The notes beneath the pieces were generated by a model. It ran no database searches, was not told the DNA's origin, and worked only from the letters and a program-made list of their open reading frames with translations. From IMG/VR virus record IMGVR_UViG_3300031994_000011, positions 96,001 to 160,000 of that record: a DNA stretch of 64,000 nt, one strand, 5' to 3'. Source of the DNA: a virus (taxonomy: Duplodnaviria; Caudoviricetes). The translations under genes were made by a program, and so were the position numbers. Every line of letters begins with the position of its first letter. Within the stretch, counting starts at the first letter, position 1. Positions 40,058 to 51,942 of this stretch are shown piece after piece.

Positions 40058-40094
40058 AAAAAAAAGAGCCGCCTCCAATTACCTTGGAAGCGGC
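40058..40094 (-). terminator. Intrinsic terminator upstream of TMP
   Basis: GCCGCTTCCAAG..TTGGAGGCGGC hairpin followed by T run on minus strand. Confidence 0.7.
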
Positions 40095-40095
40095 A

Positions 40096-40974
40096 TTATA
40101 TTTCATCGTCTATATTTTCATTAAGACGAGTAATCTCCAATATTAAACCCTTTCTACTATTCACCGTATTCTACGGCATTCCAATAATATTAAATGTAGC
40201 GACAGATGGGTCAGCCCTTTCTCCCAAGCGTAAGTTTATATCACTTACAACTCTTACTTTTGGCATGTAAATTAAATTTGTATAATTTATGCCATCGTTT
40301 TCATCCTTTGTATAAAATTTACCTTCAAGGGTGAATAATCCATTAAAACGTTCCTTCTATACAGAATAAATTAAAGCTTCGTCTGTATACTAATAATAAT
40401 AATCAACAATATATTCTTTTGTCTAGTCTGCAAGGTCTTTATGATTTTTATCTTTATAAACCCTTAGACAAGGACGCTCCACTGAATCATCAAAAGGATC
40501 TGATTCATTATGTATTATTTCTTCATACATTCTTCTCTGCACTACATCTCTCTAATATTCATAGACAAAAATTTTTTTCATATCATTACTGATTGGCTGA
40601 TGTTGTAAATGAAATAAACTTCCACCAGTCAAAACATTAGGCCCCTATCTCTTATGTATTAAAAGCGGTTCATCTTTTTTTCTCTAAATAACAGAAGCAC
40701 TAAGTAAAATTCCCATACTTATTGCAGACATTATACCCTCAGATAACTGAAATTGCACCTAAGATCTGTCCTACCAAATAACATGAGGAAAATTACCCCA
40801 GCCACCTCGCGCCATTATAGGAGAATTTCGTTCTGTTAAACTAGCAAAATTTATATTCTCAAAATACAACACAGGCTACTGAGCTTCAAGATACCGTGAA
40901 CCAAATTGCATAGGAACCTTCGCGCGCAAAACAACTTCATAAAGCTATTTTACTCCAAAATATTGATCAATCAA
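40096..40974 (-). CDS. Tail-tube-like paralog / minor tail protein, TAG-recoded
   Basis: FGVK[TAG]LYEV, ARGGWGN..VIW, TLEGKFY and GERADPS resemble the tail tube motifs YGIKEV, GGWGNP..WD, EGDPS. Confidence 0.7.
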
Positions 40975-40991
40975 AATGATTCACCAACCTT

Positions 40992-41020
40992 AAAAAGGAG
41001 GGTGATTACTCACCCTCCTT
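40992..41020 (-). terminator. Intrinsic terminator after major tail gene
   Basis: AAGGAGGGTGA-GTAA-TCACCCTCCTT + T run. Confidence 0.75.
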
Positions 41021-41033
41021 ATATAACAAATTA

Positions 41034-41813
41034 TTAAGAACCAGCGGTTAAGTCGCCTTCGTCATCGCCAGCAGTAGCAGCACTAGAAGCAGCACCACCA
41101 TAACGAATTAGTTTCATCATTTCATCGCCGTCATCACCAGAAGAACGTAAAACCTGAAGCTGCATTTCAAAAGTAGAAGGATCACCCTCAGCTTCTAGAG
41201 TGAAGGTAACTTCAGACTGAACCTTAGCTTTGTTGATTACGAACTGGAAGGCTTCATCTTTACCAGTCTTTTCAGAACGAATAAAGGTATCGCCAACAAC
41301 ACGATATGTTCCAGGGAAGGTGCTAGGAGAAATGGTTACTTCAACAGCGGCATCATCAGTAGTAATTAAGTCTTCCCAGAAAATACGAATATGATCGCCA
41401 GCAACAGGAGCAACCTCAGAAACACCGGCAGCTGTATTGCTGAAAGTAAGAGTATTTCCACTAGCAGACATTACAGCAGTAGGAACAGTCGCTGTACTTA
41501 CTACTTGAGTCCTTGTACCAGCACTTGCACTAGTGGTACCTGCAGTATTACCAAGATTGATAAAACGAACAGGATGCCCAACCCAAGCTTTGGGTAGAAG
41601 GGTTTCTTTGGTAAGATGATCTTTAGGAGCAGGAATCTTACCATCAGAACCAACAACAACTTCTTCAGTATATCTTACTAGAACAGCTTCGCCACTCTTA
41701 GAACGCTTAATAGCGCCACCAAGCATGAAACGTAGAGACTCTAGAGACATTAGAGCATCTTCTAGAGTAATGTTAATTTCTTTACCGTAGTCCCAACTGA
41801 TTAAACGAGGATT
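41034..41813 (-). CDS. Major tail (tube) protein, exon 2
   Basis: NPRLISWDYGKEINITLEDAL...FPGTYRVVGDT...AEGDPSTF. Confidence 0.85.
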   Translation of the reverse strand, partial: NPRLISWDYGKEINITLEDALMSLESLRFMLGGAIKRSKSGEAVLVRYTEEVVVGSDGKIPAPKDHLTKETLLPKAWVGHPVRFINLGNTAGTTSASAGTRTQVVSTATVPTAVMSASGNTLTFSNTAAGVSEVAPVAGDHIRIFWEDLITTDDAAVEVTISPSTFPGTYRVVGDTFIRSEKTGKDEAFQFVINKAKVQSEVTFTLEAEGDPSTFEMQLQVLRSSGDDGDEMMKLIRYGGAASSAATAGDDEGDLTAGS

Positions 41814-41905
41814 CATTTTATTCCATTTAGTTCGTTAAGCTAAATGCGTTCTCTTATGAACTGCTTTAATTTTCATTAAAGTTTAGACTATATCTTCATC
41901 CGTAA

Positions 41906-42448
41906 TTATACGGAGCCTCCCTTTTCATGACACTTGTCATTACAATTAGTCGTTGAACCTTCAAAATATTTCCATTTAAAGCCTCCAGTGGTACGCCGTT
42001 TACCTTGACATACTTCACTAATATGTCTATGATTACAGCCAGTTTTTTTCCATGCTTCATAAGCAGATGAAAAAACTTCTAACTATTCTTCCTATAATGT
42101 CATTTGAACTATAGGACGAGCAATAAATTGCGTACTACTTTTTAATTTTTCAGGTGGTATATATTTTATATTTTCCTAATGAGTAACCCATTTTAAATTA
42201 TTTAACTAATTATTTTGTGGATTACCGTCAATATGATGAACTTCTAGCTATTCTTCATTTTCTCTCGGATCAAAAGCATGTAAAATTAAACGATGAACGC
42301 CAGTATTTATTACTTTTCCATTATCTGTAATTTTTACTCTTCTATACCCATCTCTGTCAATATAAGTTTTCATCATATGTATTTTTCTAACCAACCCCGT
42401 ATCAGAGACTTCATATTCAGAATCAGTATTTATAGCTTTCCATTGCAT
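41906..42448 (-). CDS. Intron-encoded NUMOD4-HNH-NUMOD1 homing endonuclease (TAG-recoded)
   Basis: WKAI..YEVSDTG..VHRLI..VHHIDGNPQNN.LNNLKWVT..EN..CQGKRRTTGGFKWKY; continuous only if TAG is sense. Confidence 0.88.
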
Positions 42449-42505
42449 AATCCTTACTCCTTTTATAATATTTTGCTTGGCTGCTGATTGCCTATTCTAT
42501 GTTAA

Positions 42506-42534
42506 ATTATAACATAAATCTTATTCGTTGTCAA
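42506..42534 (-). promoter_or_regulatory. Consensus sigma-A promoter inside intron, upstream of HNH gene
   Basis: TTGACA-17-TATAAT with TG extension. Confidence 0.75.
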
Positions 42535-42632
42535 ACATTCATAGTGCTTCCCCTATTGTAGTGAATAAGCTTTAAGGTGTTCCAGCAATTAAAGAGGTTT
42601 TTTTATGTTGGAGCCATCCATCCCGATTACAG

Positions 42633-42815
42633 ACCCCAACCGCCCTGGGCTGCGGTATTTTCAGCAGTAGTTTCAATAGTAGAAACTTTTAGAGTATCTA
42701 GGAATAGCACAATGTCTCCAGCATAAACGCCAGCTGCAGCGTCTGCTTCAAGAGCTTCAAAATATACATTGGCAACCTATTTAATACCATATTTATCAAA
42801 AATATTTACAGCCAT
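42633..42815 (-). CDS. Major tail (tube) protein, exon 1 (single TAG at codon 13)
   Basis: MAVNIFDKYGIK[TAG]VANVYF...LFLDTLKVSTIE...AQGGWG; RBS GGAGGT. Confidence 0.85.
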
Positions 42816-42836
42816 AATAAAATACCTCCAAATAAA

Positions 42837-43616
42837 TCATGATTTATTAGAATCCACAATTGATCGCATCCAATGCTTCAATTGATTCTTTTTCATTTTT
42901 GCCCCAGCAAGAGCAGCACGATTATTAATATCAAACTGGTCTCGCCAACCCATACGTCTGAGCTGATCATGAAAGGCATAGTAAGTTATATTCCATATAT
43001 TATCCATGTTTAAGCCACAGTTATTTATAGTAATGCTTCCGATGAGGTCAGAAAACTTTAAGTCGCTCTTCTCCCTCGCGGCTTGTTTAGCCTTCGCCTT
43101 ACGTACCTTCTACCTATTTTGTTTCATTCTTTCTTTAAGCCGAACTACTTCAGGAGGGTCATCTTTATTGATGATTATCTACTCCTCATCAACGTCTAGA
43201 AAATAGGCACGGCTAATAAGCCGTCGAAGGTCGTAAAATTTTTCCTCTGTTAATATGTGTTTTTCTTCTATGGGTCCAACTATAATTTGTGCGGGATCTA
43301 AAGAAAAATTTACATCCTAATGTATAAAAAATTTAAAAGCCTATTTTAAAGTTTCATTAGACATTTTATCCATTGCCGTTAACATAAGTAAATACTGAAA
43401 ATCAGTAACCTAACTTAATATTTTAGCCATCTATGGCTATTTATTCCAATCTGGGATTGGCTTTGTAGCTGTAATTGCGCCAAGTAATAATTGAAATTTA
43501 CTATAACCTAAATCCACTATCTAACCCAATGTAGCGGAATAAACAGCACAAATATCGTCTAATAAAACAGGCGAACCTTTTTGAAACTTTAAAATCATAT
43601 CATCAGTTAAATTCAT
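42837..43616 (-). CDS. Putative tail assembly chaperone, TAG-recoded
   Basis: 259-aa ORF with C-terminal IWNITYYAFHDQL..AALAGAK; position in tail module. Confidence 0.6.
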
Positions 43617-44118
43617 TGATTTTATACCTCATAGTATAGCCGCCAATCCAAGGAGAAAGAGCTAAATTATCTGCTCTATAAAATTGTAAATTACCTATAC
43701 CGGATAATTTAGCTTGATTAAACATTATATCAATCTATTGCATTATTAAATAAGGTCGTAATGACCTAGCATTTAATAGCCACTCATCATAAGGACAAGC
43801 AATATCAAATCTTACTGTAGAAACCTTAAACTATGGATTGATTTGATTAACGACAAAATCATCAAAAATAGCCGTAACATACGACATTTTTTCTGTACTA
43901 TCATCAAATATTTTAGGAACGATTAAAATTTGTTTATTTATAAGTTCGGCACCATCAACATTAGGTTGCTACTTACCATTACACATTTCTTTTAATGGAT
44001 CTCTTGTTTGATACTTTAATAGCCTACATAATGTTTGATTTGACATTAATTTATCAGCTATTTTAAAAGTATTATCACCCATTACAGCAAATCTTCTTTG
44101 CCCACTTACATCTCCCAT
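43603..44118 (-). CDS. Putative tail terminator/completion protein, TAG-recoded
   Basis: LCRLLKY..INP[TAG]FK..FDIAC..LRPYLIMQ[TAG]ID..GIGNLQF. Confidence 0.65.
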
Positions 44119-44134
44119 ATTTTAATCACCCCTT

Positions 44135-45370
44135 TTACCACAATGGAATAATAGAAATAACTTTCGTATAAGTATTTCCATTATATTCCGCAATTAATGT
44201 TATATCTCCAAGCTAATTTTCATCATTAGCTTGAATTTTACAGGCATGTTTTATCTATTCAGTTGATACATTATCTTTAGTCTAAATAGAAACAAATTTT
44301 GCTAATGCAGTATTTTCTAATGAGAAAGTAACTATTGAATTTTCATCTATAGCTGGCTTTCCAACCAATTTATAAATAGCGGTTCTATTCAATCTAATTG
44401 AATTATTTCCCTAAATATGTCCAAAAAATTCTTCGGTTGGCGCGCCAACTTTTACTGTAATAGTATTTTTAATAGATGGAAAATCTTTTAATTGAACTGT
44501 AATAGTAGTAGTCCCCTATCTCAATGCCTTTAATTTATCATTCTCGATAGTAATGATACTTTTATCATCAGGAATAAACTAATATTCTCCCGAATAAACT
44601 TGTCCATTCTTCATTAGTGTAAAAGAAGGAATGACAAACTAGCCAATCTAAAAAACTTGAGGTTCCTATGAAGTAATTATCTCATAAGAAGCAATATTAT
44701 TGGTATCTGCTAAATTATTCTATACATCATCATAGATACTATTAATCTTACCCTCTGTTAGAGAAAGATAAATAATTCCAGGCACACTAGTATGATCATA
44801 CTACACAACAGTCCAAGATTCTTCTTCGACAATAAAATTTGTAGCTCTATTTATAGGATAACGCGGCATTAAAATCTAAGCATATTTGTTTGGTTGTGGT
44901 GTAATCAGCGAGTTCCACGTTCTGAAATTTCCTTTAATTTTAGAATCTAAAGAGCTAACAAAATAGCTCCAGGATTGTTGAACGTGACCATCACCATCAA
45001 CCCATTTCATTAGATAATTACATCTTACTATCCAAAAAGTTCTATAAGTCCCATTAACTTTTTTTTCTTCTTGGACAAGTATCCATTTCTAAATCTATCC
45101 ATTATCTAATTTCCAATTCATAATGTCTCCAACATTAATAGGAATCTAATTACTAACATTTAGAAACATTATTTTCTAATGCTATTTATCCTTATTAGTT
45201 AATATTATTCCATCAAAATATATTCCACGCTACACAGACAAATGACGAACGGTGTGAGGAGATTCGCTCATCCATTTTATAAATGAACGAATTCCGCCAT
45301 TACGTATTCTTTCAGCTGTAGTAGTTCCTAAATGATTTATCCTAGAATAATAAGCATCAAGATAGTTCAT
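44135..45370 (-). CDS. Putative head closure/neck protein with Ig-like C-terminus, TAG-recoded
   Basis: 411-aa ORF, FWIVRCNYLMKW..YDHTSVPGIIYLSL; position between adaptor and tail terminator. Confidence 0.6.
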
Positions 45371-45632
45371 CTGGAACAGATAGACTTCCTATCAGATTCA
45401 TACACTAAAAAATAGTCTTTCTAAAATATTCATAAGATAAATGTTTTAACGAACTTAATTTACCTATTAGCGGCCAATAGTTAATACAATTGGCCCCTAA
45501 TCCCTACAACTAAATGATGATAGAATCTAAAAATTTCTACCATTCTCCGCCCTTCTACTTCTCACAAAGAAGGCCGTAAAGTCTTCCTTTCAATTTATTT
45601 TTATAGCCATCAAAAGTAACATCAGACGACAT
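45357..45632 (-). CDS. Small conserved virion-module protein (5 TAG in 91 codons)
   Basis: LYGLLCEK[TAG]KGGEW[TAG]KFLDSIII[TAG]L..RKTIF[TAG]CMNLI; overlaps both neighbours. Confidence 0.7.
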
Positions 45633-46107
45633 TCTTTTTCCCTGCCAATTTTTTAAATAATTCAGCGGGTGTCTTATTTCTGGAACGATCATAAATACCC
45701 TACGCTTTATGAACCTCTAATGCCACTGCCGCCTCTAATTTATTTAATTTATCTAAATGATTTGCTTGTGAGAAGTCTTTGTCTGCGTATAATTGTCTAA
45801 TATTCTCCCAGCTTGCTATACAACGTTTAATCCACTCATGCTTCATATATAATGATAATAATTGAATTTCATCGTTTGTTAAATCGCCAGCAAACTGAAA
45901 AGTAGAAACTTCGCTTCCATAAGGGTCTACATTTATAGTCTATTCAACTTCAAGACTAACTCTTGGATATTTAAATCTAAAAATCGCGGCCTTTAGAAGC
46001 TATTGCCAATCCCGCTCAACAATGGCCATATCTTCTTCAAGAGTCCACTAATCTGCGGTAATGCGCGCTAAAAAAGCGTCATACACTTTAAAAAAAGATG
46101 TTGCCAT
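45622..46107 (-). CDS. Head-tail adaptor protein, TAG-recoded
   Basis: MATSFFKVYDAFLARIT..DLTNDEIQLLSLYMKHEW..DFSQANHLDKL. Confidence 0.7.
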
Positions 46108-46547
46108 TATTCTTCTTCTTGATGTCTCATATTAATGAGATCAATTACATCACGGCCGCAATACTTCTTAATTAACTGAACGATCGCGGAATGCGTGATA
46201 CCTTTTTCCACAGCTAAATCAACAACTGTTTCTTTTTCTGCGGGAGCGGCAGTAGGAATAAATTTAGCAAAAGCTGTAATATCTAATTCGTCTAGCATTT
46301 TACTAATATCAGCTTTAGAATATGTTGGTAGTTCTACTTCAACCTTTTCATCCTCTTCAAGACCTTCAACTTTTAGATAATGTCCACTAACAAGAGAATT
46401 AAAGCCGGTATCAAAAACTAGATCATTATACATATCTTTTTCAATCACAATAGACCTTCCGGGTACAAGTTCACGATTAAGTCTAATTTCAGGTACGAAT
46501 AAAGATACAGTCGCATTGCTAATATTTGTAATAGTTACCTTTTCCAT
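46107..46547 (-). CDS. Hypothetical protein downstream of capsid gene
   Basis: ORF track, strong RBS AAGGAGG. Confidence 0.75.
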   Translation of the reverse strand: MEKVTITNISNATVSLFVPEIRLNRELVPGRSIVIEKDMYNDLVFDTGFNSLVSGHYLKVEGLEEDEKVEVELPTYSKADISKMLDELDITAFAKFIPTAAPAEKETVVDLAVEKGITHSAIVQLIKKYCGRDVIDLINMRHQEEE

Positions 46548-46569
46548 AAAAAGTTCCTCCTTTTATCTC

Positions 46570-46607
46570 AAAAAAATAAGTGGGGTGGGGCAAGCCCACC
46601 CCACTTA
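46570..46607 (-). terminator. Intrinsic terminator after major capsid gene
   Basis: TAAGTGGGGTGGG hairpin + T run. Confidence 0.8.
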
Positions 46608-46623
46608 CATAATTATTATATTA

Positions 46624-47688
46624 TTAAGCAGTTAGATTTGCGTTATAAGTAGCCCAATTTGTATTAGTACTAAGAGCACTATTATAATAAATTCCCCAGA
46701 AATTGAGAGGAGATACAACGGCTAGACCAACCTTGGTATAAGCCTGAATGGTAATAGAATTATCGCCCTCGTGGTCATTCCACTCACGGAAATAAGAATT
46801 ACCTTCAAAGATTAGCTTAATCATCTTTTCCTTGCCAGTAGGAATTACATAAGCAAAGGCAGGATTCATAACAAGATTTTCATTAGTTTCATCGGTGAAA
46901 GACTGAGGCATTACAACAACGGGAACGCCCTGGAATTTTCCGATATAACCGCGCTCACGAATATCAATCATATCCTGATCAGAAATCTTAGTGGTATTGT
47001 TGTAAACAATAGCATTAACCATTTCAGCAGCAAATTCAGGAGAGCAATAGATAACTGGGGAACCATAAGCAGCAACAACATTACAAAGTTTCTTCATAGA
47101 AGTAGGATTGAAGTTATTAGCAACAACCTTATTCTTAGGAAGCATCTTTTTCCAAGAAGATAGAAGCATTTCTTGAACTAATTCAAAAATTCTATCAACC
47201 ATGCCTTCATTGATTACTTCGTAAATATCAGTAATGCTTTCAACGCCATCAAGATAACGCTCAAAATCAACATATCCAGCGCCACCAAGAGCGAAAGGAT
47301 ACACATCAAAACGATCCCTATCAAGACGGAAGGTCTCGTAATTACCAGATTCAGTAGCACGGGTTACAAACTGCTTACCACGTTGCTTACCACGGGTAAC
47401 ATAAAATTCAGGACGAGAGCCCTGAGGAACACGAACGATTTCAGTGAACATATCTAGAGCAGAAGTTAAACTCTGAGGAAGAACTTCGTCAAGATTTTGA
47501 GAAAGTAGTTCAAATAGATCGATCTTGTTTCTTTCATATTTATAGCGATTAATACGTCCATTTTCATCGCATAGAAGCTTCTTTAGCTCATCACGTAGAG
47601 CAGCTTCATAATCGTAATCGGCGGCTGCGAACTCAGCAGGAACTTTACGACCGAAAACGCCATTCATTAAAACTTGTAGACTATTCAT
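46624..47688 (-). CDS. Major capsid protein (HK97 fold inferred); no in-frame TAG
   Basis: 354 aa; follows protease/scaffold and decoration genes; GYIGKFQGVPVVVMPQSF; biased codon usage; followed by terminator. Confidence 0.85.
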   Translation of the reverse strand: MNSLQVLMNGVFGRKVPAEFAAADYDYEAALRDELKKLLCDENGRINRYKYERNKIDLFELLSQNLDEVLPQSLTSALDMFTEIVRVPQGSRPEFYVTRGKQRGKQFVTRATESGNYETFRLDRDRFDVYPFALGGAGYVDFERYLDGVESITDIYEVINEGMVDRIFELVQEMLLSSWKKMLPKNKVVANNFNPTSMKKLCNVVAAYGSPVIYCSPEFAAEMVNAIVYNNTTKISDQDMIDIRERGYIGKFQGVPVVVMPQSFTDETNENLVMNPAFAYVIPTGKEKMIKLIFEGNSYFREWNDHEGDNSITIQAYTKVGLAVVSPLNFWGIYYNSALSTNTNWATYNANLTA

Positions 47689-47702
47689 AGTTCGCACCTC
47701 CA

Positions 47703-48284
47703 TTATACTCTAATCATCTGATACTTAACGCCCTTTTCGCCGTTAGGTACAGTATAATATTTTACTACTTTGCCGTAAGCTACATTAGCAGCAGGAGTAG
47801 TTTTAGTTAGCTTTGGAACTGGAGAACCAGCTACTGGAACAACATATACAGCAGTGGTCGCGCAAGCGGCTAGAGTAGCCTCTAGAGCCTCAGCAGTAGT
47901 GAAACCAGTTTCAGAGTCATCATACTGTAAGCAATTAGCAGTTACGGTATCACCAATACTAAAAATGCCTACGCGAGGATAATCGCCCGCAACCTTGCGG
48001 CCGAAAGTCTTTAGACCATAATGGAAAACATCATATTCTTTCTCAGCGGTATATACAATACCAATTGGCTTGTCAGTGGCAGCCCCAGGAGCATCAATAA
48101 CGCCCTTAGCTTTATCAGCAACAACCCACATACCGTTTTCGCAAACGCCATAATTACCGTTTCCGCCCTCGACAAATTTCTCGCCAAGGGGAGTCTGAGA
48201 AACTACCATGCCAGTCTTTGGGAAAGCTACCTGATTTAGCTCTAGAGTGGCATACTGTTCAACAGGAAATCTTTTCATAGCCAT
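47703..48284 (-). CDS. Putative capsid decoration/cement protein; no in-frame TAG
   Basis: LELNQVAFPKTG..CENGM..YPRVG..GDT..VVKYYTVPNG; immediately upstream of MCP. Confidence 0.7.
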   Translation of the reverse strand: MAMKRFPVEQYATLELNQVAFPKTGMVVSQTPLGEKFVEGGNGNYGVCENGMWVVADKAKGVIDAPGAATDKPIGIVYTAEKEYDVFHYGLKTFGRKVAGDYPRVGIFSIGDTVTANCLQYDDSETGFTTAEALEATLAACATTAVYVVPVAGSPVPKLTKTTPAANVAYGKVVKYYTVPNGEKGVKYQMIRV

Positions 48285-48298
48285 AGTTTATTCACTCC

Positions 48299-49597
48299 TT
48301 AGTTTTTACGATATTTTTTCATGAGTAAAGAAAATTGAGATTCTTCGGGTGTAAGAACGGGAACTTGCTTTACTTCAGATTTTTTATTATTAATTTGCCG
48401 ATGGGCAAAAATAATAGCTAATTTATTTTCTAATTCTTCGTAAGAAAATTCATCAACCTTTTCTTTAACTGGACTAATTTCTTCTTCAGAGAGAATATTA
48501 TTATAATCTTCAATTAAACTATTCTTACGATCTTTCTAAGCAACAGCCGCTGCAGCCTCATAAGACTGTAAGCTGTTCTATAGTTCAGTAATTTTGTTGC
48601 GAAGAGATTCTAGTTCTTTATTCGTATCTTGCTAAAATTTTGAAGCATTTTGGATTTGCTCTTGCGCTTCATTAAATTTAACTTGTAATTCATTATAGGA
48701 AGTTTGTAACTCATTATATTGCTGTTGTAGTTTTTCAAATTCAGAAGGAGCAGCTTCTTCAACAGGAGCGGGCTCTTCAACAGCTTCTTCTACTTGCGCG
48801 CCGTCGGCAGAAAATTCAGTTACTTCTTCTTCTTTCTTTTCTTCATTAACTTCAAATTCTGTTACGGTTTCAGTAGTTTCATTTACTTCGGGAGTTACTT
48901 CAGTTTCAACAACTTCCTGATTTTCATTCTCATTCATTGGTTGTTCTCCTCCCTCTTTGTTTTGTTCAGCTTCTTCTACTTTTGCTTTTAAATCAAACAA
49001 GAGTGAAGAAAACTTCTAATATTGATTATCATATTTTTCATCATTTTTAGAGAAAAAAGATGAAACAGAAAAACATGGTTCATGCTCTCCAATAATACAA
49101 AAACCTAACATTTTTGCGGTCGTATAAACAAAGTATTCTTCGTTCTAAATTAAAGTCCAATCACCCTGAATAGAAGAAGGATCTAATTCCATACTTTGAT
49201 TTTGTCCCATAATTTTTTGTGCCTATTCATAGTAATCTGTAAAAAGAATTACTGAAAACACAGCATATTCACGGGTCACGCCGTCAGTGTCCTAAAAAGG
49301 TTCCCACCCAATAAAATTCTCTACATAGCCATACCCTTTGGCTAAGTTAGGACCGCTATGACTAGCCCAACTTTTTGTAGAGGGATCGAAGAATCCTACT
49401 ACTGGAGTGTTGCCTTTTGTAGCGCTTTCAATGAGTTGCTAAGCAACACTCTCAGTAATATAAGATCCATTACGATTCGCATATTTGGTAAAAACCCTAA
49501 CTTTTAAGCGCCCAATGTTAGGTGTTTCTTCTGAAATACCTTGAAATGGAGAAGACACAATAACGCTATCAAAATATATTGGAATTTGTTTTTCCAT
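48299..49597 (-). CDS. Prohead protease fused to acidic coiled-coil scaffold, TAG-recoded
   Basis: NRNGSYIT..PVVG..QSMEL..GFCIIG..EPCF then E/Q-rich coiled coil; in frame with ORF 48632-49000. Confidence 0.8.
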
Positions 49598-49611
49598 TAT
49601 AATCTCCTCCT

Positions 49612-51159
49612 TTATCCAGCTGATTCTATATTAGTTTGAGTTTTTTCACTTTTCTACTAATCAGAAAGCTATGGTCGTCCACCTTTATCATCAGATGATT
49701 GTTTTGCGACTACTGTTGTTTTTTGTCCCTGGTTACTCTTTTCTTCATCAGCAATAGTATTACCAGAAGTAGTATAAGAAGATTGCAAAGGTACCATTTT
49801 TAAAGACATTTCAAGGAACTCATTTTCAAAATTCATCAAACTTAATTGATCTCTCTGTTTCATTCCTAAAGCAACACCAGCGAACATTTTAGAATAACCA
49901 TATTGCGCACCGCGGAAATAAGAAGATTGTAACTAATCTCTATTAAATACTGTTATAGGAAGTATCTAAAAATCAAATGATAAATTAGTTCTTGCGAACT
50001 TATCATTTATATGAAATTTTATCCAACTTTCATAAATATTTAAATAAGCAGACATTAAAGTCTAATCTTTCTTTATGGCATAAGCAAGAGAAGAGCTTCC
50101 ATCTGGATTAAATAAAATTCTACCTCTTCCTAAAGCATCCCATGTATTCGTTTTATACTTTTCTATTCTATTTGTCGATTGCGTTGCCGCGCTACTATCC
50201 TGTAAACTCTATAAATTTGTTTCTCCAAAAGTAGTTAAAACATCTACGGTATCCTAATCTGCTAGCATCTAAGCAACAGAAGCATGTATTTCAGTTACTT
50301 CTTCAAGAGGAAAAACAAGCTAACCATCACCATCAACTGGCATTCTTTGAATTAGTAATTTCCTTAATTCATTTTCATCTCTTGTTTCTTCTCTTTTAAC
50401 TGCGTCATCTAATTTTTTTAAAGCAGGTAGACTAGCAATAAGTAAAGGAGTCTGATCATTGGTAAAGCTAAAGCTGATTCCGCCACTAGCCGCGGGCAAC
50501 ATAACCCATGGGTCTATTAGTTTATTTCCTTTTTTCTTCCAAGCTTTCCATGCTTTTTGAATTTCTTCTGGAAAAGAAGCAATTGCTTCTGCTCTTGCTT
50601 TTTCATCAGTAATAGTTTCAAAGTATAATATATTAAATTCAAGAATATTTAAGTTATTAAAATCCTTAAATCTTGTCCGACAATATTGAAGAGGTAAATC
50701 TTGAATTGTAACTTTATCGCCATCTGTTCTTAAAATTCCATTATAAATACCATTTTTCAACCACTATTTAGTAATTCTTGTAAAAGTATTCGGAACATCA
50801 AGTTTATCAACAAAATTACAAGCGTTATAGAAAGCTTTGGTTATTTGTGTCTTAGATCCTTTCCCTTCCTAATATAGTGGAATAACCACAGTATCATAGG
50901 TTGGTAAACATGCTAAAAAATCTATATTATTTCTATATAAGCTATTTGTTCTATAATAATATCTAGATAATTCTCTTAAAGAATCTAAATCGCCAGAGCG
51001 AATAATTTCTTGAATTTCCTATAATGTAAAGTCAGAGTGAACAGGATCTGCTCTATGATATCCCCATCTACTATATGCTCCAGGACTAATCGGCGCACGG
51101 CTAACCCTCAGACGAGAGCGAAAATTAGCAAAATCGTGTGAGGGTTTCTCTTTACCCAT
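49612..51159 (-). CDS. Portal protein, 515 aa, TAG-recoded
   Basis: Between TerL and protease; fragments 49669 and 50320 in the same frame; PLQSSYTTSG..GGRP tail. Confidence 0.82.
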
Positions 51160-51164
51160 AACAA

Positions 51165-51942
51165 TCACCCCCTTCTTTCTTTTTTATTTTTCTTTGGTGT
51201 ATAAAACGTATATTCACTATAGTTTTTCTTCTTCGACATCTTTAGTGCCTTATCTTCATAGTACTTTACCCTATAAAGAGCATACTATAACGCTGAGAAG
51301 CGGTCCTTTTCTACGGAACGTGAAATACGTTCTATTTTAAATTGGTTCTGCGCACCAGTTGGTTTAAGTTTCAAATTATTTAATTCATCCATTAGTCGTG
51401 ATGTCATTATATAAGGCATTAAAAAAATATGTCTATCTACACTAGTCATATTTTTACCTTTTTTTGTCTTTAATAATTTATCTTTTATTACATTTTCATT
51501 CGCTAAGAAAGCGACCGAACCGTTATTTATTTGGGAGAAGAAGTTCGAATGTATTAAGTCATCATTACTTGAACCAGCTTTTATGTCATAGATTATTCCA
51601 TTTAAAGAAGGCCAAGGCTCATTGCTCTAGACTTTTTTCTAAGGTGGTAAATGATGATCATTATTAAAGGCATAATATGATGGAAATTGCTATCCAGTTT
51701 TAAAATCTATAGATGGCAGAACCATAGCATCTAATAGACCAATACCGGGACCGTTACCGTCAATCACGATTTCGCGCGGATTATATAGTTGAATAAGTTT
51801 TTTTAGCCTTGGAGCTTGTTCCGTAATATAGTTCGCGCCATGAATAACTTCAGTATAAATAACTTTCTTCTTAAAGCTGGTTTTTTCGGGCATTACTTTA
51901 ATAACCATAACAGCGGTATTCGCAGCGTATCTCGCAACGTCT
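51165..51942 (-). CDS. terL: Terminase large subunit, exon 2 (nuclease domain)
   Basis: DVAR..VIDGNGPG..KDRFSAL[TAG]YAL. Confidence 0.9.

Larger units (their letters stand above)
41814..42632 (-). mobile_element. Group I intron in major tail gene
   Basis: Exon GUUGGGGU pairs with intron GCUCCAAC (P1 with U-G at splice site); AATTGCTGGAA P-like and AAGATATAGTCT S-like elements; ends in G; splicing restores GGWG|NPRL. Confidence 0.9.
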
